This document shows, one piece after another, positions 1-13,512 of a stretch of DNA of 64,000 nucleotides. Location of the stretch: contig NC_068982.1 in the NCBI RefSeq assembly GCF_001194135.2, forward strand, positions 86,920,450 to 86,984,449, read 5' to 3'. The DNA comes from Octopus bimaculoides (Eukaryota). The notes beneath the pieces were generated by a model. That model did no database searches, was not told the origin of the DNA, and worked only from the letters and a program-made list of their open reading frames with translations. The number at the start of each line of letters is the position of its first letter. Within the stretch, counting starts at the first letter, position 1. The translations under genes were made by a program, and so were the position numbers.

Positions 1-879
1 GAAAACATAATATTCTGAATAAAATTTTACAGTAAAAAATTTGTTCTTTCTTTGAATATGAATAAAGGAAAATGCTTTTTAAAATGTTTGAATTTGCTGC
101 ATTACATTTGCTATCACTTACTTTGTTTTATAGGTTATTTTATAAAAGTAAAGCTTATTACTTTCATTCGGTCATATAAAATATGATAAGGAGCCATTCT
201 ATACCAAGCAGAACTAGAACCAAAAGGGTATTTTTGTCGTTTCATTTATTCATTTAAATTCATTAGAAATTTCATTTTGAAAGACTGAGATTGATATAAC
301 AGAAGCTTTTGTTTCCATTTTGTGACAAAAAATTATGGAATCGAGAGTGTATTCATAACGAATGTAAAATTGAAAATCACCGTTAACAGAAAAAATCCCC
401 CGCTTCCTGTGAATCGAATAGCTTAATATTTTCCTTTATTTAATTTTATTATATCTATTTGTTCATTGCTTTACCCTACGGTATTACTCAGCAAAGAACT
501 TGCTTCTAGTCTTCTTTTTTTAATCAGTGGAATGATAAAATCTAATTTTGATTCGTTGAATTATAATTTAAAAAAAGAAAAGAATCACTTGGAAATAATT
601 CGTGGCTGACATCTTAAAATACTTCTTTTACAATATCATCGATCAGCACACTTTTCTTACAAATTGAAACACGTCAATGAATCATGAATTTTGATTTATC
701 CAATATAATATCTGAGAATATAATGATCCTAAAGTCATTTTCTCGACTGAAAAATTATGCTTGACTGAAATGATTAGATCTTTAATTGTACAGGCTGAAG
801 CATTTTATGAGAACATAATGAGGTTTTATTTTTCTTAGAAATATTCCACAATCCAGAAACCTCCGCCTTTTTGATTTTG

Positions 880-1892
880 CGTGTCGCACGCACAATGCAG
901 GTCTTCAAACTGTTGACACACGTGTGTGGTGAAGCATTGGTCCTTGCTTGAAGTACACTCCAACAAAAGTAATCGAGAAGGTTGAGATTTGGGCCTCACA
1001 AAAACTGTTGGCCCTCACAAAAAATGGCACCTTCTCACCAAGGAAGGCTTGTGCTGCTTTTGACCTATGGCATGGTGCAGAATCCTGGATAAATACCATA
1101 TTGTCAAGCCCAAATTTCTGCTCTATCCAAGGTAACAGAGGGTTCTTCACGATGTCCAGACTCAATGAAGTGTGGACCCATGACACTTTCATCACTTGCC
1201 ACGGTTCCAAATACTATCACAGAGGTAGGATTCTTAGTCTTAAACACCGTGGAGACGTCAGAAAAGTTGTATGCAATCACTCAAGAATTTCTGCGATTCA
1301 TCCCAGCATCCACAGTGAACTTCTCCACAAACACGAGAGTTTTTCCTGCACCTTGATGCTTGATGAATGTCAGAAGCTTTGGGCATCTCTCGGCTCTGTT
1401 TGCTTTGGCCTTGGCTGTTAGGAGATAACGGCGGCGTCGAACATAGCTAGTCATGCTAAGATTCATGTTCACAGCTCTGGACACCGTGGAAAGGGACACA
1501 TTGCGTTTCTTTGCAAGAGTTGTCATAAATGTGGATCGGTTGGCTTCAATCGATCATTTGAGGCCAGTGAGAAACTTTGGATTGCGCTTGGATACACTTC
1601 GAGTTCTTTTTTATCAATCTTTCCTTCTTCTTTAAATTGTTTACATACACCATAAACTGTTGCTTTTCGTCAACTTAACAATTCTACTGGCAGTGTGCCT
1701 GGTGCGCGCCAAAGCAACAATAGCCGAACTATTCTGTGTTCCACGACTTTCTGTTATCGAAACAGTTCGCTATTTAGATGAAAAAGGAAGAGGATGATTA
1801 GATTTTCTAGCAAGGTTTTGTCAAAAAATTAAATGCTAAACCCACTAAGTCAACTGCGTAAAATTGGTCTCAGTTTATCTGCAAGACTCTGT
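880..1892 (-). mobile_element. Tc1/mariner DNA transposon relic with frameshifted transposase (possibly DD37D maT-like)
   Basis: Minus ORFs 1281-1526 (HTH-like TTLAKKRNVSLSTVSRAV) and 905-1210 (VFIQDSAPCHRSK); a PNLNLLDYFCW-like motif follows in another frame. One likely end is CAGAGTCTTGCAGATAAACTG next to TA at ~1871-1893; the other TIR was not found. Confidence 0.8.
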
Positions 1893-2114
1893 ACATACGT
1901 ACACATTACATGTATGTACGTATAATAAAAATAAGTCATTGAAAGTCCGTTTATGCTACTAGAATGATTTGAATATTCAACTAAGATGGGAAACGAGAAT
2001 TTCTGAACACGATTGATTTTCTCCGGCTGTATATATAAGCGCGGGCAAATATTGTACTTTGCGAGTATGGAGCTTGAAGACTTCTGTATTTTTAAGGTAA
2101 TTATATATATATAT

Positions 2115-2285
2115 AGGGGAAGAATTCACAAAAAAAGACAACAAAAGACGAAGACAGGTGGCGTAGACAACAAACAGATGTATTAGTTTAACGCTCGGGA
2201 ATTGAAAAAAGTCTTTAACGTTTTGATCCTACGCCCTTCCACAGAAAGAAACAAGGAGAGAAAATAAAGAATGTGTAGTGGCTAG

Positions 2286-2290
<5 letters not shown>
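2115..2290 (-). mobile_element. Short PLE-type terminal repeat fragment, same family as 63818-64000
   Basis: Aligns by eye with 63818-64000 (GACAGGTGG, ACGCTCGGGAAT, GTCTTT-ACGTTT, CAGAAAGAA); flanked by (TA)n; carries a degenerate hammerhead-like core. Confidence 0.5.
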
Positions 2291-2324
<34 letters not shown>

Positions 2325-2330
<6 letters not shown>

Positions 2331-3090
2331 CTGAAATGTATAGTATTAAATATCCATCTTACCAGTCGGTTTCTTGTACAGAATACAAAGGAGTGTTAGG
2401 TATCAATCCGATTATATAACTTTACGCTCATCAGAGTTAGCCGATATGGAAGGTAATGTGACGACTGCTCTCTATTGTCAGAGGTGGATTAGCACAACTG
2501 GTCAGCGACTGCTGTGAAAAAGGTGGTGAAACAAAAAAGGACCAGGGGATTAGGTTAGGAGCTATGTCCCTTGGTTGGTGTATACTGTGAAGCCGGTAAG
2601 AGCTATCTTGAAGTGGGGAAAGTGTGTATTATTAATGTGGTGCTCCTGTGGGGATGGGGTGTGTGATATGTGTAGTGGTGTCATATGCAAAAATTTTTTC
2701 CAGAGGTGTAGGTATATATATATAGCTATGTTCGTTGGCCTATTTTCTTTCTATAAAGGATAAGGTCGTGAGTTGTTTTTATGTTAGCGTGTAGTGTGTA
2801 ATGTGTGTGTGTGTGTGTATGTGTGGGGTCTATGTAAATGTGTAGGTACAATTTGTGCGAAGAAGCATGTGTTGGGGGCGGTGGGAAACCTTAAAGGGGT
2901 GTGCGCCTTAAAGGAGTGTGCGTGTGTGCACAGGGGTGCATTGGTGTGTGCTTTGGTCAAGCTCTTTTCCGGGCCCGAAGGGCATTGGTGGAAGGTCGAG
3001 GTCGGGGACCAGTGGCTGCAGTCATGGTGGGCGCGCAGATACTATAGGATGTACTTCCTTTCATGTGGGCAGGGATTAAATATCCCACCC
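2325..3090 (-). mobile_element. Probable Penelope-like element 3' remnant ending in a hammerhead motif
   Basis: GT-rich plus strand like the PLE 3' region at 16300-16800; decayed His/Cys/Pro-rich minus frame; 2325-2444 is shared with 62027-62154. Confidence 0.45.
2354..2443 (-). ncRNA. Type I hammerhead ribozyme-like motif, copy 1 (core intact, stem I 3' arm partly deleted)
   Basis: Minus strand: CGGCTAACT-CTGATGA-GCGTAAAG..(long stem II)..-GAAA-CC-GACT-GG-TA-AGATGG, with a GUA cleavage triplet. Confidence 0.6.
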
Positions 3091-3107
3091 CTGCTACTCA
3101 TACATAA

Positions 3108-3141
<34 letters not shown>

Positions 3142-3216
3142 CATACATACATACATACATTCACACATACATACATATCTATACCTATATCTGTATCTAT
3201 ATCTCTTCATCTCATC

Positions 3217-4503
3217 TAGGTCTCCCATAGGACGCCCCAAACTGGGAACGCCCCAAAACTGTTTCCACACGTTTTCCCCATTCATCTCGATTTTCCATAA
3301 TGGTCCTCAGCTCCTGTTCCCCTTCCATACCAGTATCCTCCAGCAAGTTGTCGATATAGGTCATCTTCCTCCTTCCTCTCTTGGTTTTTCCTTCTGTTGG
3401 TTGTCAGAACACTAGCTTGTTAGCAATTTCATCGGTGTGTTTGATGCAGTGTCCAGCTAGCCTTCTATGTTGTATCTTCAATGTTACTTTTGGTAGTCCC
3501 TGGTATAAGTCGGCGTTTGTTGTATGACTCGTCCAAGAGACATTGAGTGCCATTCTAAGCATCCTCGTATAACAACCGTCCAACTGCTTCTTCAATGCTT
3601 TAGTGAGCGTTCATGTTTCAGCCCCTTATAGAAGAACAGACTCCACTGTTGCCAGAAACAGCCTCACTTTCAATTTCCTTGCTAACTTTGAACTCCATAC
3701 CTTTCTCGATTTATGGCATGCGCTCCAGGCAAGAGCTTCCCTTGCTACGATGTCATTTTCTGTACTTTGTGTCCACGCACCAAGGTATTTGAAATTTTCA
3801 ACTACCTTCAGTGACTTACCGTCTCTCACTTTCACTGACGCAGGCATTTCGTGGTTGAATACTTGCAGCTCTGTTTCGTTTGCATTACAGTACAATCCTA
3901 CCTTCCCCGATTCCTGCTCTAATCTGCTCAGCACCTCTTGTGCCTGATCTGTCCTCTCTGTTAGTAATGCCAAGTCATCAGCATAGTCTAGGTCAGTTAC
4001 TGTTACTGCTTGGTGCTGTCTACTTCTTTGCATAAGCAGTTTGAATCTCAGTTCTTCCTTGCCTACACACGTTCTACACATTGCATAGTCACGAACGACG
4101 GCGAAGAGATAAGGTGCTAGCGCGTTGTCTTTGATTTCAAAGTTTTCCGTCTCTCCATCAAGAGTGATCACTTTCGCTCCGGTGTCCTCATATAGCTTAC
4201 TTATCGCTCTCAGAATTCTTGGTGGAATATCATATGCCTTAAGTATCTTCACCATCATTCCTCTATGTACTAAATCAAAAGCCTTTTTAAAGTCTACATA
4301 GATAATGATAGCCTTCCTGTCTTGGCTGTTAACTACCTCTACCAGTCTTCTAAGTGCAATAATGTGAAATGTTGTTGACCGTTCTGATCTGAATCCATTT
4401 TGATTTGGTCGCAATTGTTTGTATTCGTTGTATTCGGATAAGTATCATCTTGTTGACCATTTTTGCAACAATGGATGACAGACTGATCCCACTGTAATTC
4501 TCA
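3217..4503 (-). mobile_element. 5'-truncated RTE-clade LINE (RT pseudogene)
   Basis: ORF 3626-4414: QNGFRSERST, YVDFKKAFDLV, DLDYADDLALL, FKYLGAW; continues in ORF 3404-3595; the 3' end abuts (ATAC)n. Confidence 0.92.
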
Positions 4504-4504
4504 G

Positions 4505-4577
<73 letters not shown>

Positions 4578-4929
4578 GCCTGCCTGTCTGTCCGTCCGTC
4601 TGTCTCTTTGTCTGTCTGTCTGTCTGCGCGCGCGCACACACACACACATAAATATATATATAATCAGAAATGGAAAACAAAACAATAAATTGAACAATTA
4701 TTAATTCAATTCAATTTAAATACATAGATAATACATACATACATACATACATACATACGGCTGAACAAAAATCTTTTTTGTGCATGGCGCAAAAAGATTG
4801 TGCAACAACTGACCTGGCTGCATCAAGCACAGACTTGGAACCCCACCCACCTCAACACGAGGGCACTACAGTCGACAGATACAGTTTGGCCCCCACTAAC
4901 ACCAACACAAGCGTCATGCCAATGTTTCT

Positions 4930-7900
4930 TTTGAATATCAGAGGTCTGTTGTAACTCAACAACAAAACAAAAATCTCTTTCCTGAGAGACCTTGCTGCAT
5001 GCGGTCAAGCCCTATGCGTTGTACTTGTGGAAACGCATCTTAGATCTGATATAGAGGATGCAGAAGTACACATACCGAATTATTTTGTAATAAGAACGGA
5101 CAGAAGAGAAAGGAGCTGCGAATGAATTGCAGTATATATCCGTGAAGACTGCACTCCCCAGATCCTGTTGTCATAATCAAATTCAGAATGTGACGCTCAA
5201 ATTGTATACACAAGACAACTTGAAATTGTTATATGTACTACATGTCACTCACCAGATGCTCCATATTTGAAGACTGCCTCGCAAAATTGGAACAACACAT
5301 CAGTGTATTCCTCAATGTGGGATGGCCCGAGGGCGTCATGTTCTCAGGAATGACACAGTGCCAGCGGTTACATGTAGAGTCTCTGCTCAGCCTTACCAAT
5401 GTCTCATTCTTGGAGCAATTTGTGCTTCAAACAACCAGTGCAAATTATATAGTGGATCTTTGCTTCACAAAAAATATGAATATCATCCATAATGTGAAAG
5501 CGACATCGATACTAGTCTTGGATGGCAATATAATAGAGCTGAGTATGTATGGATCAAAAGGAGCTGCAGATGTTCAGACTATACGAAGCGTCAGAAATCT
5601 CTCCTGTCTGAACTTTCATAAAGCTAACTGGAAACCGATTCAGAAAGAGAATTGGCCTAAGTGTCTCTCCTCACCAGACATCGACATGAAACTTATGTCC
5701 GTAATGCAAAGTATATGTGACAAATCTGTTCCTAGAGCACAAAGTCAACATATACAAGAACGAGATCCTCAGGGAGAGAAAAATTCTTATAAGACGATGG
5801 ACAAAGGCTGCAAACTGCCTGAACAAACATCTCCAAACAAGTAATGGATAGTCCCACCTGAAAAAAAAAAACACTGATGAAAACTGAGAAAGGTATGCAA
5901 CAATTCCATGAAAAGAGGGCAGAAAAAGAGGATTGGGTTATAAAAAATGTCAAGTCAAATCCTAAAGCCAGAGAAACGGTTTCTGTACGTTACAAGATAG
6001 AGCCCCTCTTTCAAATAGATGACTCCTTCACAGGAAACCCAACCAGGATAAGTGAAATACAGAACTGAACGAATAGCTCAGAAGTATTTTCTGCACCCCT
6101 TTAGGACACAGGCAAGTTAACAAACCAGCGGAGTTCTTTTACACAACACCTGTAACCAAGAAGGCGGTAATAATTGATGACATCAATATTAAAGAAAATG
6201 TAATTATGGCAATAGATGAAGTAGACGCAAGCTCAGCTGCTGACCCTGATGGATTCTAGCAATTCTCAAGTCATGCAAACGAACCCTTGCAAAACCATAG
6301 CAGATTCTTTTTTAGAACTTCCTTGCAAGTGGTAAGCTCCCAGACAAATTGAAGAAGGGACTAATATGCCCTGTCCCTGTGGAAGCAGAGTAGATGCTAA
6401 AAAGTTTAGGCCTATCTCTCTGACCTCACACATCAGCGAAGTCATGGAACGAATAGTCTGAAGGAAACTAATTGAGTTCCTTGAACGTTAACTGACACCC
6501 AAAATGTTTTGCGACCAGGTAGAAACTTCCTGATTATATATGGACCAAAAGGAGCTGCAGATGTGCAGAATATACGAAGCACCAAAAATCTCTCCTGTCT
6601 GAACTTTCATAAAGCTAAATGGAAATCGATTCAGAAAGAGATCCACAAACAAGATTGGCCTAAGTGTCTCTCCACACCAGACATTGACATGCAACTTAAA
6701 CATTTCATGTCCGTAATGCAAATTATATACAATAAATGTGTTCTCAGAGCACAAGACCAATACACACAAAAACAAGATTCTCAGGCAGAGAATGGTTTTC
6801 GATCAGGTACAAGCTTCCTGACAGCTTTTACAGCACTACGACTGAGTGTTGAAGTAGTTGAATCAACTAAAATGTGGACATATGTCTTGACTTTTCAAAA
6901 GCCTTTGAGAAAGTTAACCACAGTATATGTCACAAGCTGTGTGATCTCGGCATAGTCGGAAAACTTGGAGAGTGGTTAGAACCACTTGTACAGAAACAAA
7001 AATAGTGAGTGGTATTCCACGGGGCACCGTCTTAGGGCCATTGCTATTCATAGTGATCCTCTCAGACATAACTTCAGCTGCTCAGATAGTCACCCTTGCT
7101 AGCTATGCAGAAAATACAAGATGTCTCTCAGAAAATACAGAAACCTAGAGACCGGAGTTGGATACAATATACAGGTGGGCTGAGGACAGTAATATGCCAT
7201 TTAATGTTGGAAAATTCCAAGCCCAGTAAACAAAGCTGAATGAAATACAGAGAGGATACACTGACCCAGGAGGGATTGCAAACCTTGAATTGAAATCAGT
7301 GCGTGACCTGGGCAGTGACATGAGTAATGTTGCACCTTTTCAAGTGCATCTTGCTAAGATGGTTATAAAATCCATATGGCTGGATGGATCCTTAGAACTT
7401 TCAGAACAAGAGGATAAGAAACCATGATGGTCTTCCGGAGGACATATGTCCTCAGCTGCCTAGATTATTGCTCAAAATTATGGTTACCACACTATAAAAT
7501 TAACGGCGGAACTCGAAGCAATCAACGAAACTAATGACAATCGTCTCTGCGACATGTCAACTATTGGAAAAGGCCGAAAAAGTTATGACTCAACTCCCTA
7601 GAACGAAGGTTGGAAAGATATGCAGTGATATACTGCTGGAAACTCCTGGAAAGACTTTTACTAAATTTTGGCATTGAAAGTTACACAAACAGCAGGACGG
7701 GCGCCACTACAAAATGCCAAAGATCCCAACATCGCCATCCGGACACAGGATCAGGTACTGCAACAGCTTGGGTTTCAAGGGTCCAGAACTCTTCCGTGTC
7801 TTCCCAAAATACCAGAGAGATCTGTTTGGCGCTTCGTATATTCTGAACATCTGCAGCTCCTTTTGGTCCAAAACAAAACTGGATCCCTTCGTGTCAAGAG

Positions 7901-8030
7901 TTCCGGACGAGTCTACGGGACGGCAGGAAGCGCATATGAGGGCAACAGCATCAAACTCTCTCATTCACCAAATGCCATATATAAGAGGAGGTTTCGATGC
8001 TCCAGCGATTCCACAGCATGGCCGTAGCTC
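4930..8030 (+). mobile_element. Rearranged CR1-type LINE (APE endonuclease + RT, decayed)
   Basis: Endonuclease motifs (NIRGL, VETHL, IRTDR) at ~4935-5110; RT motifs (FRPISLTSHISEVMERIV, PRGTVLGPLLF, LDYCS) at 6400-7480; 3' part 7600-8030 reads ERYAVIYCWK. Confidence 0.85.
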
Positions 8031-8069
8031 TTGAGCTGAAACTAGTTGAAGAGTATATGTATATGTACA

Positions 8070-8310
8070 TACCTTTCAACGCCGTGTATGCCATAAGGTC
8101 TTCAAATCTAACGGAGACCTCAAAAGACATCTTAAGATTCACAAAGATCAGAACTTAACTGCAGCTCTTGGTCGTCCAAATCAGATATGCAGTCTATGTG
8201 GGTGTCTTTTCAATACTTTGGTTTAAAAAGCCACATCAGACGCCATGATGGATCTAAGGTGTAGGTACAGGTGGTGGCCAGACTCTGCATAAAGAATAGA
8301 CAGCCACCAT
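8070..8310 (+). mobile_element. RTE-type LINE 3' end fragment encoding two decayed C2H2-like fingers
   Basis: Translates RVCHKVFKSNGDLKRHLKIH and CSLCG..GLKSHIRRH; short 3' UTR ending at an (AT)n tail. Confidence 0.6.
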
Positions 8311-8335
8311 ATATATATAAATATATATATAGATA

Positions 8336-8664
8336 GGCGCAGGAGGTGTGGCGGAGGAGGTATGGTGCAGAAGTAGGTGTGGTTGTCTAAAGGTGTAGGT
8401 ATGCTTCCAAACTACATGGTTCTGGTTCAGTTCCACTGCATGGTACTTTGGACAAATGTTTTCAATTGTGTATGTTTATACCTCATCACCTCTTGACAAC
8501 CGGTGTTCATTTGTTTACATTCCTGCAACTTAACGTTTCAGCAAAAGAGACTGATAGAGACTAGGCTTTAAAGAAATATGTACTGGAGTTGATACGTTCG
8601 ACTACATCTTTCAAGACGATGCGACGGCATGGCTGCAGTTCAATGACTGAAACAAGTAAAAGAT
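8336..8664 (+). mobile_element. tRNA-derived SINE (octopus-type family)
   Basis: GGCGCAGG head, CATGGTTCTGGTTCAGTTCCACTG, 3' tail GACTGAAACAAGTAAAAG; similar to other copies in the window. Confidence 0.8.
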
Positions 8665-9311
8665 TATGTATGTAGAATAATTGTGACACTAACAATTTTG
8701 TGAATAGTTATGAATCTAAAGCTAATTGCGACTCTAAAGGAAATAAAACGAAAGAAATTGGAAGGATGCATTTTAAAAGATCGAAGGAGAATCTAAGGAG
8801 AGGCAATGATATGAATATGGTTGAAATAAGTAGCTAGGGTTAAGCGATTACTTGTTACGTATTAAAGAACTGAACTATTTGATGGAAATTTAAATCTAAC
8901 GACCAATATATAATTATTATACGAAATAAATTACAAAATCCCTAAAGGAAATTAATCGAGGGAATAGGTTTTTGTAATTGAATTGTATTGATATTTTCCT
9001 TTACTGACTTAGCAGTGACGTACTAGCTGCCAATAGAAAATTCTTTTGTAATGCTAAAAAATAGAAACTATTGAATAGGTTACTTTTCTAAAAGCATTAT
9101 GTGTAAAATGCTGTGTTTAGAAAATCAAATGTAATTCTGAAAAGAATACGGCTACTAAGTTTAATATAGTAGACTCTACAATACAAACTTAGATTCTTTA
9201 AAGCGCATGAAAGTATCACCTGGTAGTTGAATTCAGATTTTGTAAACTATTAAAATATTTCACTGGTAAATACTTTTTTGATGTGAATAAACAATTATAA
9301 TTAAATCGACG

Positions 9312-9371
<60 letters not shown>

Positions 9372-9400
9372 CTGTCTGTCTGTCTGTCTGTCTGTCTGTA

Positions 9401-9435
<35 letters not shown>

Positions 9436-9806
9436 GTCTCTCTCTCTCTCTGATGATTTAAAAAATGAACAGTATTCGCCGTATTTCACAAATTACGTCA
9501 ATATCACAAAGATGGAAGGAGGCTATAAAAATAGATCATTAAGTCCAACTAGTGGAATAAAAGTGTATTCTTGTTCAGATAACAATAAAACTTAATTGGC
9601 TGCATAGAGAAATTTGCTTTTATGATAGGAATTATGTGGTTGATCTATTAAAGATTACGTGTTAGGCAAGTAAAGTCATTAATAGTTATCAGCGATTGAT
9701 TACATAACAGTAGAACAAATATTTTCTGTTAGAAGATTTTGTAATTTGGCTTAAGAATCGAGTATTTGCGAAAATTACATAATACACGAATAAAGTCTAT
9801 CTAGAT

Positions 9807-12485
9807 CACTGGTTCCCAAACTGTACGCCATGGCTCACTGGTGCGCCTTAAGATGTAATTTGGTGCGCCTCGAAAAAGTAAGATTATATTTCAAAACATA
9901 AAAAATACAAACCGAAATTCACTAGAAAGTTCATATATAAATGTCAAATACTATAAATGTCTAAGCTAAGAATGAGAGATGGTTGTGTCATTCAATACAT
10001 TTAGCTAATTATGGTATAGCAATGTTATTCAATTTTGAATCAGAAATTTCATAAGGATAATAACTAAATTAGCATCAATCTATCATCGAAATTGACGTCT
10101 TATGGACTTATTCAGTGCACGACTATGTTTCAGTTTATTTCGGTCGTCGCCTCAGCAGTTTTCATTTCAATAATAAATATGAGAAATAAGCTATTGAACT
10201 AAAATATATGATGTTGAACTAAATGTTTAAATACGCCCTCGCGTATTGCGGCTGTATTTCAATTGTTTTCATTCAGTGGCGAGAATTTTCATCTTTTCGA
10301 TTAATTTTGAAAAGCTTCTCAAAAGAGTCCGATCACGTGTGACACGCTGCCACTTTTCACAGCTCACTGGCCACTTGTCTCAGTCTCAGTTTGACGCTGT
10401 TAGTTATCTGTACTCTTTGTGCGAGACAATTCATATTAACAGACTAAATTACCCATAAAATGGAAAAGTTTATTAAGAGGGAACGATTATGAATCTGAAA
10501 GTGAACGTCCGTCAAAAGTAATTAAACATAGTGATAATAATGCGAAAGCATGACCCAGTCGTAAATATTGCAATAGCTATTTAAAGTTTGGGTTTCATTG
10601 GACTGGCAACGAGGATCAACGTCTTCCGCTGTGTGGTGTTTGTGGTAAAAAGATGTCTAACGAAGGCATGTTGCCTAGCAAGTTGAAAAGACATTTTACA
10701 ACTAAATACTCACAATGTCAACGTAAAGATCTGAATTATTTCCAAAGACTGCTAGAACAGCAATCTGAACAAAGAAACTATTTTGAAAAAAGGATTCATG
10801 CTTCTGAAAAGGCTCAAGTCGCGTCTATTGAGATAATCGAAATGGTTGCACTACAAACGAAATCGCATACTTTAGCCGAAACGATTATCTTACCCGCTTG
10901 TAGAAAGACGGTTAAAACCATGTTAGGTGATGAAGTCGAGCAAGAAATAAGCAAGATTCCGCTCTCAAATAATACAATCCATCGGAGAATTATGGACGTA
11001 TCTGCTGATATAGAAAAACAATGTATAAAACAAAATTTCAGAACTCAGAATTTGCTCTACAGGTTGACGAATCAACTGACATTAGCAACAAAGCACAATA
11101 ACTTACATTTATTCAATTCATTGATGGTAACCAAATCATAAGTCAGTTCTTTTGGTGCGAAGAAATGCCACTCACAACAAGAGGTCAAGATATTTTTGAC
11201 ATTTTATCTGCCTACCTCGAAAAATGGAATTTATCCTGCAATCCATCTGTTGGAATATGTACCGATGGAGCACCATCTATGACAGGCTCTGTTAAAGGTT
11301 TTGTATCGTTCGTACAACAACAAAATCCTAATGTTATACGTACTCATTGATCCCTACATAGGGAGGCATTAGTTTCAAAAACAATACGAGTTGAGCTAAA
11401 GCGAGTTGAGCTAAATGGTTAATTATATTAAAAGTAGGCCGTTGAAATGTCGCTTACTCTTTTACTCTTTTACTTGTTTCAGTCATTTGACTGTGGCCAT
11501 GCTGGAGCTCGTGTTGATATGAATTCCCAGCACAAGCGCTTACTTTTACACACAAAAGTCAGATGGCTCTCAAAAGGTAAGGTGCTACGTTGCATACATG
11601 AACTCCAGAAGTAATTTCATGCATTTTTTAAAGAAGAAAAACATGACCGCTTCTTGGAATATCTACAATATGAAATTTTGGTTTCCAAGCTGGAATATTT
11701 AACAAAGATATTTGCACAACTTAATAACGCCAACACAATTATGGAAGGTAGAAATGAAAACATTCTCACTTCGACAGATAAGCTGGTTTCCTTTAAACAG
11801 AAAGTGATAATTTGGAAAAATAGAGCTGAAGGTGGTAACTTCGAAATATTTTCCTTAATACGTAAAAGCTGCATAAAAGAAATAACTCCTATTGTATTTA
11901 AACATTTGACAGATCTGGAAGAAAAAATATACTTTTATTTTCCGTCATTGAATACTGAAGAGTATGATTGAGTTCGAAATCCCTTCATAAAAATTCCATC
12001 TAATATTGGTCTGAAAATATGTGAAGAAGAGGAATTGGCATCTATATCCAGTGATTGCGGACTTAAAATCAAGTATGGGATTGCTATTATAGGAGTAGCA
12101 AAAAAAGCTTTATCCGTTTTGATGCAATTTCCACATCGTATTTATGTGAGTTGGGATTTTCAACCCTGACTAACATCAAATAAAAAAGAAAAAAGAGAAG
12201 AAGAAATGAGGGTTTATGTTTCTCAAATACGTCCCAATATTGAAAACATTCCCAAAAAACATGAAGAGCATGTTTCTCATTGATAACTTTGCTTTATATA
12301 TTCAATAAAGAGTAAGTACATGCGATTTTTCTGTATTTTTAATCATCTATATATTACTTTATAGTCTATGCTAATGTGTATAAAACCCCTTTTGAATAAA
12401 TTTTAGAATTTATGTACAAAGTGCACCGAAATATTTTGACTTCTTGTAAGGTCTGCTGTGAGTAAGAAAAATTTGGGAACCACTG
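9807..12485 (+). mobile_element. hAT DNA transposon (Buster/Charlie group) with both ends
   Basis: TIRs CA(C/G)TGGTTCCCAAA at 9807 and TTTGGGAACCACTG ending 12485; 8-bp TSD ATCTAGAT/ATCTAAAT with the central TA typical of Buster/Charlie. Confidence 0.93.
10460..12283 (+). pseudogene. hAT (ZBED5/Buster-like) transposase pseudogene
   Basis: [75 protein letters not shown]; multiple stops and frameshifts; SINE tail inserted at ~11460-11510. Confidence 0.9.
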
Positions 12486-13460
12486 ATCTAAATTGCAAAA
12501 GTTGTGAAACATTAGCAAAATAAAAAGGAAAATATATAAAATATATATATTCTATTTCTTACTTCAGTTATTTGACTAAAGCCATGCTGGGTTACTACTT
12601 CACAGGGTTTAAACTATCATATCGACTCCAGTACTTATTTTAAGTCTTGTACATATTTCATCACTTCATTTGCTGAACCTCTAAGTCACGTTTATGCAAA
12701 CAAGCCAACACCGGTTTTCAAGCGGAGAGAGACAATCACAAAAACAAAGTATCACGCACACACACACAAATGCGCATATACGTACTCGCACATACACATA
12801 CACAAAAGACATTTCCGTACAGTTTCCGTACGGTTTACTAATTTACTTATTGGGCCTAATGCATGTGTGTTTCTAACAGGAAAATACAAACACACATACG
12901 TACACACAAATACACTCGTATGTGCATCTACAATGTTATTCATTTGAATTCTTTTAGCTGTGGAGATTGAAAGTGATGAAAACATTCCACTCTTAAGTAA
13001 ACAGAAGAATAATTGGGAATATTCTTACGGATCGGTTTCAGGATAATTTTTGTTTACTTTGGGGAACAATAGGATGTATTCACGTTATCTCAGTCTTCGG
13101 AGCTATAATAATTAAATACAGAGTTATCTATATTGTACTTGAATCAGGTATCCAGAATTACAATTTGCTCTATATCAATATATTTAATTTATTACATAGA
13201 CAAACAACATGATATATACAAATCAAGCTGGTTAATGAAGTATCCTGACAAAATTACTTTTATATAGAGCGATTTAGAATCAAAGTTCTCTGGGTGGATG
13301 GGTGGTATCCCTTTTCTAAAGAAGAAGAATAATTATGAAACAGACCTAAAAGGTTTTTAATTCTGTTTTTGCTTACTTAAGTGAAGAATAGGCTCTCCAA
13401 TAAGTAAGCGAAGGGTTATCTATGATATACATGTTGTTATGTATATATATATAAATATGA

Positions 13461-13500
<40 letters not shown>

Positions 13501-13512
13501 TTAGGTATATAT

